Part shown: positions 58,061 to 64,000 of the stretch, piece after piece
How positions within the stretch are numbered: the stretch's first letter is position 1
How the letters are laid out: the number at the start of each line of letters is the position of its first letter
Assembly (NCBI GenBank): GCA_963772365.1
Contig: CAVYXA010000003.1
Location: forward strand, 608,001 to 672,000
Source of the DNA: an uncultured Verrucomicrobiae bacterium
GTDB lineage: Bacteria > Verrucomicrobiota > Verrucomicrobiia > Chthoniobacterales > UBA10450
DNA: 64,000 bases
Direction of reading: 5' to 3'
The notes under the pieces: generated by a model
The model's database searches: none
What the model saw: only the letters and a program-made list of their open reading frames with translations
Told to the model about the DNA's origin: nothing
Program-made: the position numbers and the translations under genes

Positions 58061-59860
58061 ATGAAATCGATACATGTTCTTGTCTGCGCCGCGGCGCTTT
58101 TCGGTGTCACCGAAGGTCGCGGGCAACTTTCATCGCCGCGTCAGCCGGATGTTAGCAACAAAGCCTTGATCACAACCGCGAATAAAACGGCCGTCCTCGA
58201 AGCCGCCGCGCTGCACAAGCTCGCCGATGATTATTACGCCTGGCGTAATGAGAATTATCCAGTCCAAAGCAGCGATGCCGGATTGCATACCTGGGACGAT
58301 CGACTGACCGATTACGCGCCTGCGAAGATCGACGAGCGCGCGAAACATGTGCGGGCCTTGCTTGACAAAGTCCGCGCCATGAAGACCGATAGCTGGCCGA
58401 AAGACGAGCGGATAGACTGGATCCTATTTCGATCGCAGCTGGAGAACGTCGAGTTCGGCGATCGGGTCCTAAAGTTCGAGCGGACGAATCCGCAGGTTTA
58501 CGTCGGCGAATGCACAAACGGAATCTTTTCGCTGTTAAAAAAAGATTACGACACTCCGAAGAAGCGCGCACTCGCGGCCACCGCTCGACTGAAACAAATG
58601 CCGGCCATGCTCAAACAGGGCCTGAGCAATTTGCAGAGTCCGGTAAAACTGTATGCCCAGCTCGCCATTCAATCCGCCCGGGCGATCGATCCTCTTTTCA
58701 ACAAAAGTCTGATGGCGCTCGATGTCGATCCTTCGACTGGGCTCAGGACAGGCCTTGCCACTGGCGAACACGAAGCCCTGATCCAATCGCGCGATGCCGC
58801 GATCGCTGCTCTGCACGGTTTTGCCGATGATCTGGAGAAACGACTTCCGCGAATGGTGGATTTCTCTCCGATGGGAGAGACGAACTACAACTACTACCTC
58901 AAGCACGTCCTGCTTTTGCCACTCGACGACGCGGAAGTGGAAATGATCGGCCGGGTTGAGCTGGCCCGTTATCGCGCGCTGGAAGCGCTTCTGCCCGATC
59001 CGAAATTGGCCAATCCCGATCCGAAACGCAGCGGAAACATTCCGCCGGATCAGGAGGCATTTCTAAAAGCCTATCAAAGCCGGGAAACCGAGATGATCGA
59101 TTTTCTCAAGCAGCATCGTCTGGTCACGATCCCAAGTTATCTTGGCCAGTTCGAAATCCGCCAGTTGCCGGAAGCATTTAAGCCGACCAGCCCGGGCGGC
59201 TTCATGAATCCTCCCGGCGTTTACGACAAGGATCCCACCGGCTTTTATTTCATTCCGACGTACAATCCGGATTCCAAGAATTTTTATATTCGCGCCGCGA
59301 TTGAAGATCCACGGCCGATCCTCGGCCACGAAGGAATTCCCGGCCATTTCCTCCAGTTATCGATCGCGAATCATTTGCACGACGAAATCCGCCGCCAGCA
59401 TCAGGACGGCGTGTTCGTGGAAGGCTGGGCGCTCTATGGCGAAGAAATGCTGATGCGGACCGGGTTATATCCGGACAATTCGCCGGCCCAGGGACAAATC
59501 CTGCGCCTTTCCCGTTATCGCGCCGCCCGGATCGGTGTTGATGTCAATCTTCACACCGGTCGCTGGAGTTTCGAACAGGCGGTGAAATATTTCATGGACG
59601 CCGGCGGCCTCGATCGCGAAGCCGCCGAAGGCGAAGCAGCCGGAGCGGCCTCAAATCCTCACCAGAAGATCAGCTACATCATCGGCAAATGGCAGATCAT
59701 GAATCTGCTAGGCCGATACAAGGACCAAAAGGGCGAAAACTTCCGACTAGGCGAATTCCACGACGACCTGATCAAAAACGGCAGCCTGCCGTTGTCGATC
59801 ATCGAGTGGATCCTGCTCGACGACGATAGCGCAATTAAGAAAGCGACAGGTGAAAAGTAG
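58061..59860 (+). CDS. DUF885 family exported protein (metallopeptidase-like)
   Basis: Signal peptide, HEGIPGHFLQ, EGWALY.E, FHD...GSLPL. Confidence 0.9.
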   Translation: MKSIHVLVCAAALFGVTEGRGQLSSPRQPDVSNKALITTANKTAVLEAAALHKLADDYYAWRNENYPVQSSDAGLHTWDDRLTDYAPAKIDERAKHVRALLDKVRAMKTDSWPKDERIDWILFRSQLENVEFGDRVLKFERTNPQVYVGECTNGIFSLLKKDYDTPKKRALAATARLKQMPAMLKQGLSNLQSPVKLYAQLAIQSARAIDPLFNKSLMALDVDPSTGLRTGLATGEHEALIQSRDAAIAALHGFADDLEKRLPRMVDFSPMGETNYNYYLKHVLLLPLDDAEVEMIGRVELARYRALEALLPDPKLANPDPKRSGNIPPDQEAFLKAYQSRETEMIDFLKQHRLVTIPSYLGQFEIRQLPEAFKPTSPGGFMNPPGVYDKDPTGFYFIPTYNPDSKNFYIRAAIEDPRPILGHEGIPGHFLQLSIANHLHDEIRRQHQDGVFVEGWALYGEEMLMRTGLYPDNSPAQGQILRLSRYRAARIGVDVNLHTGRWSFEQAVKYFMDAGGLDREAAEGEAAGAASNPHQKISYIIGKWQIMNLLGRYKDQKGENFRLGEFHDDLIKNGSLPLSIIEWILLDDDSAIKKATGEK

Positions 59861-59869
59861 CGGAAGAAA
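59767..59869 (+). repeat. direct repeat copy 1 (DUF885 3' end)
   Basis: 97/103 nt identical to 60589..60691 by manual alignment. Confidence 0.9.
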
Positions 59870-59917
59870 CGTCAGTAATGACCCCGGTTTGTCCCCGCTT
59901 AGGCTGCAAAAGTGATC

Positions 59918-60181
59918 CTACACCTGAGTGATTGAGAGCAGCCAAACCGTTGAATCGTCGAATGTGTAGTAAAGCGACACTTGTTTGTCTTCGACCGGAG
60001 CCATCGGTAAGAAATATACGAGTCGATGTTCATCGATTGGCGATCCAATAAGCGGGTCGCGTGCGAGCAGGAATTCGGCCGCTTCGACGAAGCGATCCGC
60101 TGGAATGGCTTCTTCGATTAACCGACGCAGTTCGGCCTCGAAACGGTGTTCACGTATAACCTGTCGAATGCGTTCGGGCAT
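59918..60181 (-). CDS. small RelE/ParE-like protein
   Basis: 87 aa; LARDPLIG, LYYTFDDSTVWLLSI pattern typical of RelE-fold C-termini. Confidence 0.45.
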   Translation of the reverse strand: MPERIRQVIREHRFEAELRRLIEEAIPADRFVEAAEFLLARDPLIGSPIDEHRLVYFLPMAPVEDKQVSLYYTFDDSTVWLLSITQV

Positions 60182-60226
60182 TAGTTTGACGGCGGTCGAG
60201 CTCGGATTCCCAAGTCGCCGTGGACG

Positions 60227-60430
60227 CTAATGCGAGACCGCCAGTCTTCGCGATTTCCGCGAGAGCAACTCAGCTGCCCGGCCAGCAAGCGATCTCCCGT
60301 GCACGCGTTCCGCTGAAGTCGGCGCGCGAAACCCAACCAGCTCAACTGATTTTGGAATCGAGTTGAGCTTGCTCTTTTTAAGCACGGCCAGAGCGCGGCG
60401 CTTTCGTGGGTGTGCGGTCGACCGTTTCAT
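60227..60430 (-). CDS. small basic hypothetical protein, possible antitoxin partner
   Basis: Directly upstream of the RelE-like ORF on the same strand. Confidence 0.3.
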   Translation of the reverse strand: MKRSTAHPRKRRALAVLKKSKLNSIPKSVELVGFRAPTSAERVHGRSLAGRAAELLSRKSRRLAVSH

Positions 60431-60588
60431 TGCACAATCACGGTAGCAGCCCGTGCGCCTATCGGTCAAACTCTCTGGTTGGGATAGTCAAAGATTCGTT
60501 CGATTTGGAGTGCCGCCGTTATCTCGCAGCTGCACCTTTCCGCCTCCCAGAAAATGTAAGAAAAAAGGACCGACTCCTTTCTCCTTTT

Positions 60589-60691
60589 CCTCATCAAGAA
60601 CGGCAGCCTGCTGTTGTCGATCATCGAATGGATCCTGCTCGACGACGACAGCGCAATTAAGAAAGCGACAGGCGAAAAGTAGCGGAAGAAA
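60589..60691 (+). repeat. direct repeat copy 2 (displaced DUF885 3' end)
   Basis: Encodes LIKNGSLLLSIIEWILLDDDSAIKKATGEK*. Confidence 0.9.
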
Positions 60692-60713
60692 ATACAATAC
60701 CGCCTCAGCCCGC

Positions 60714-61036
60714 TTATTGAGGTGGAAGGAAAGTCAGCGTCCCGCGTTCCAGGTTTGGCAACAGCGACATCAGAGCTGGCATGAGCGGTGAAGTATCGGC
60801 AAGCCGATTTGATCGGGTTCGAAGCGCGACCACGGCGATTTTGAAATCCGCGATATTTTGTTGATACACCATGTTGTTGTCCATGGTGACAAGCACATCA
60901 AATCCCGCGGCGACTGCTTTCGCTAGCAATTCACCATTTTCAAGGCCAGCCCAGCCAATCAGCGGCACTCGACCTGATGACCTGGGAGATCGCGACTTAA
61001 TCGCCAGTCGAGATTCTCGTCCAGCAGGAGCCGCAT
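60714..61036 (-). CDS. DUF5615/PIN-like toxin (frameshift near 60970)
   Basis: MRLLLDENL..., GWAGLENGELL, FDVLVTMDNN..YQQN. Confidence 0.8.
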
Positions 61037-61037
61037 C

Positions 61038-61244
61038 CTAAGAGCCGGCGACAGCGTGTTCTCTTGCTTCTTCCAGGAGCGTCAGCACTTGGTCGCGTTT
61101 CACACTTGGAAAACCTTCGAGAAATTCCTCGATCGAATCGCCGGCTTCAAGGTGGTCGAAAAGGCTCTTCACCGGTACGCGAGTTCCGGCAAAAACCGGC
61201 TCACCGCCGAGAATATCGGCGTCCTGCGAAACGACCTTGCTCAT
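61038..61244 (-). CDS. DUF433 family antitoxin
   Basis: ILGGEPVFAGTRVPV, GDSIEEFLEGFP. Confidence 0.9.
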   Translation of the reverse strand: MSKVVSQDADILGGEPVFAGTRVPVKSLFDHLEAGDSIEEFLEGFPSVKRDQVLTLLEEAREHAVAGS

Positions 61245-61839
61245 GACTCGTTACCGTAGCTAATGTCATCACTCTACGCAAACCGTCTGGTGAGTCCCGA
61301 TCAATCCCAGTGTTCCCATATCGACCACAAACATCTTAAATCAAACCTCCCGCTCTCCGTCCTCCGTTATCTGATATCTGACGTTTGATTTTTGACCTCT
61401 AATCCCGGTCCAGCCAGAGACCATGGCATTTCGGACAGCCTTCGAACTCGATTCGAGCTTGGCGCCGGACACCGGGCAATCCTCGTCCGTGGTCCTGAGA
61501 TGTTTTGCTCCGCTGATCGGTTTCACTTCAACTTCAAAATCGGTGTCGCGGCTGGGTCGCTTAATCCGCTTAAACCAGTAAGGCACATGAATGTTATCAA
61601 CGAAATCAGAAAATCCATGACCGCTCCGCCGTCAATCATCTGTCGTCGGTCGCCTGATCTCTGACTTCTACGGTTCGCACGGCGCGAACCTTACGGCGGG
61701 AGCCACTGAGTGCAGCGAATGTGGTTAGGGAAGCCGGCGACGTAGTTTGGGAAAACCGAGCTTTCCCTTCCTCTTCCCGAACTCAGCATTTCAGCGCTTC
61801 AGATCTCAGTTTTTTTGATTACTGTCAAGATTTGATGCC

Positions 61840-61914
61840 TGACCCCAGTTTGTGACCCCAGTTTGTGACCCCAAGAAAAAAGGACTGACCCCAATTTACC
61901 CCGATTTCTGACCC
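61840..61914. repeat. TGACCCC cluster including 13-mer tandem tgaccccagtttg
   Basis: Five TGACCCC copies in about 75 nt. Confidence 0.7.
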
Positions 61915-62197
61915 CTTCTGACCTCCCGATTCGGACTCAAGCCAAGGAAATAACAGGCTCGAATCAATTATTTTCGAAGTGAGGTCAAAACGCAGGGAGG
62001 ATACCGATATAAAAAAATCGGGACAGACACTGGGTCAGACACGCTTTTTTCTACTTGCCCCGCACCCTAATGGGTGACCCCATTTTCCCCCTTCGCTTTG
62101 GAGAGGTCGGGCTGGGAGAAATTCAATCCGCCCACCGATCGGTGCGCAGAGCAACGCTGACGATAGGAGTCTCGCAGGCGCGCAGGAGTGAGGAGAA

Positions 62198-62806
62198 TCA
62201 GTGTCGTGCCGGGAGCAGCCGGTGACGGTAGCGGCCGAAGAAGGCGATGGCTGCAAGACCCAAGAGCATGGCAACGGCGGTCGAGCCCGACTCTGGCACG
62301 GAAGAAGGAGCAACGATATTGAGGATGAAGGAGTCGGCAGTGGCGCCGTGGCCCCAGCTCCACGTGTAGGTGCCAGGGTCAAGGCCGAGGGAAGCGAAGT
62401 TCGCGCCGGTGAAGGTGGCCGAGCCGTCAAGCAAGGCGCCGGAGATGTAACCGCTCGGAACGAAGAGAGAATCATTAGGGGCAATGCCGAACAAATCTCC
62501 GAAGGCGAGATCCGCGTAGGTTAGGCCTCCCATCCCGAACGCTCCCGGCGGCAATATGCCGGCGTAGTCATTGGCTGCCACCGGCCCGCCGCCGACGACC
62601 ACTACCGAGTTCGCGGGATCAATCACGGGAAGGCCGGCCCCGCCGCCAAGAAATACCAGACCGGCGAGATTGAACGTGCCGCCGCCGGCGAAGACGACGT
62701 TGCCTCCTACTTCGGTGGCATCGACGATGACGGTGGCGCGGGCGGGCAGTGCGCAGACGCCGGTGAGCGCGATGAGCGCGAGGAGGAGTTTAAGTGTTTT
62801 TTTCAA
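62198..62806 (-). CDS. PEP-CTERM/VPDSG-CTERM sorting domain protein
   Basis: Signal peptide; C-terminal VPESGST + TM + basic tail. Confidence 0.8.
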   Translation of the reverse strand: MKKTLKLLLALIALTGVCALPARATVIVDATEVGGNVVFAGGGTFNLAGLVFLGGGAGLPVIDPANSVVVVGGGPVAANDYAGILPPGAFGMGGLTYADLAFGDLFGIAPNDSLFVPSGYISGALLDGSATFTGANFASLGLDPGTYTWSWGHGATADSFILNIVAPSSVPESGSTAVAMLLGLAAIAFFGRYRHRLLPARH

Positions 62807-62929
62807 TGGTGGTGGCAGTGCAGGGGCTTAATGGTCGGCACTGAGTGTAAGGGGGGCGGCCTTACGGCCGTCAAGATAATTTCTGGTATTTTTGAGGAGT
62901 CATCAGAGGTCGGAGATCGGGGGAGATCG

Positions 62930-62979
62930 GTGCGCCCGTGAAGCGGGCGTCAACGCGGGTGAAAGTCCCGCCGGTGCAA
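62930..62979 (+). other. possible group II intron 5' end remnant
   Basis: GTGCG start, cgcccg-tgaag-cgggcg hairpin, gcgggtgaaagtcccgc. Confidence 0.4.
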
Positions 62980-63178
62980 TTAGGGGGAGATCGGGGTCAA
63001 ATCTTGAACATTCAAGATTTGAAGTCTCCGCCTTCGTGCCGGCAGCTTTTGCCATCCGCGGCGCGGGCCTCGGTAGCGCGGATTCCAAGAGAATGCTGGC
63101 GTTCTCGGATGCAGCCGAGCGCCGTTGAATTCACTTTAGGTATTTTTTTAGGATGATGGTTGAAGAGAAGTAGGATGC

Positions 63179-63820
63179 TTGACCGAAATTCATGCGATCA
63201 CTAGTCTCGCGGGCATGCCGCAAAAGACGCGCGCGCCACGGGTCCAGAAGATCTCCAGCGCATCGATCTCCGGCCTGCTGATGCCTCCACTTCTGACACC
63301 GAAACCGCCGACGCGTCTGCCGCAGAAGAAGGCGCTCGAAATCTATACGAACGGCATTCGAGAGAAGTTGGATCTTGGCTTGCTCGTCCCACATCGAATC
63401 ACCGATGTCACACTCTCCGGCGCCACGATGAATGCCGGAGGCGCCTGGCTGGAAGTGGGCGGCGACGGCGTCCGGGTCTACGGGGACACGGGCGAGATCC
63501 ATTGGTTCAAAGATCCCGTTCCGTCAGCAGGCGCGTGGATGAACGTGTGGCTTGCTGGTCTCGAATCAGGGGCCACGTATGTCGGACAAATACGCGGATT
63601 CGCGAACCCATTACCGAGCCAGCAGTATCACATCGCGCTCAAGGTCGTGTATCCGAATCGATTCGAGACCAGCTACGTGCCGCTTACCACCAAATCGTTT
63701 ATCGTGCCGTTTGCGTTCATCGCGGTACCGGAGCAGACAGGCATCACGCCGAACGTGCAGTTCTTCCCTCAATACCTCTCACACTGCGTGGTATATGACG
63801 TTCACATCAAGAAAGTGTGA
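63179..63820 (+). CDS. hypothetical protein
   Basis: 213-aa ORF with plausible composition; no recognised family. Confidence 0.5.
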   Translation: MTEIHAITSLAGMPQKTRAPRVQKISSASISGLLMPPLLTPKPPTRLPQKKALEIYTNGIREKLDLGLLVPHRITDVTLSGATMNAGGAWLEVGGDGVRVYGDTGEIHWFKDPVPSAGAWMNVWLAGLESGATYVGQIRGFANPLPSQQYHIALKVVYPNRFETSYVPLTTKSFIVPFAFIAVPEQTGITPNVQFFPQYLSHCVVYDVHIKKV

Positions 63821-64000
63821 TTGAGATTCCGGTTGAACTTTCAGCATGAACGGAGGGAAAACGGGTCAAAGCTACTCTGCGTTCGGGAGGACAGAAATCA
63901 GAGGTCAGAGCTGAAAGCTCAAACGCTTAAATCCTGAGATGCTGAAACGCTGAAATAGGTTCGCTATTCGCCTCGTGTAGGGGAATAGGGGTCAGGGGAA

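Noticed and set aside
59767..60691. Diversity-generating retroelement TR/VR pair
   Set aside because: Mismatches are not confined to adenines, are mostly synonymous, and no RT is present.
61341..61664. Short ORFs between heptamer runs
   Set aside because: No recognisable domain and the ends run into repeats; coding status is unsupported.

Overview
Bacterial chromosomal window that is mostly housekeeping genes. The inferred source is Verrucomicrobiota (Chthoniobacterales-like), based on a VPDSG/PEP-CTERM protein, a C-terminal dockerin-like domain, dapL and an alpha2-type GlyRS. It contains pfpI, pgsA, der, a moxR-DUF58-bat(VWA/TPR) operon, pilMNO-like genes, cstA, valS, murI, glyQS, a modular multicopper oxidase, gdhA, an HDAC-family gene, ychF, a type II secretion/pseudopilin cluster, dapL, sod, lolE-like, parB, glgE, DUF885 and three tRNAs. 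An accessory tail (about 59.9-64 kb) holds toxin-antitoxin-like pairs and repeat debris. Many genes, including essential ones, are split by 1-nt indels, most likely long-read assembly errors. The most striking signal is a set of small palindromic repeat families that invade genes without breaking them. (i) A GIY-YIG nuclease gene is enclosed by inverted repeats and a 7-bp direct repeat (CATGCGA) and sits on the apparent original start of DUF58, supplying a new start codon; nuclease-free copies of its ends occur elsewhere. (ii) A 117-nt palindrome is inserted in frame in dapL and a 24-nt repeat fragment is in frame in DUF885. (iii) A 98-bp-periodic tRNA-Val triplet has outer copies whose anticodon arm is replaced by a GTCGCCGCGGCGAC hairpin. 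(iv) The DUF885 3' end is duplicated with mostly synonymous changes around a toxin-like gene. All calls come from reading the sequence; no searches were run.
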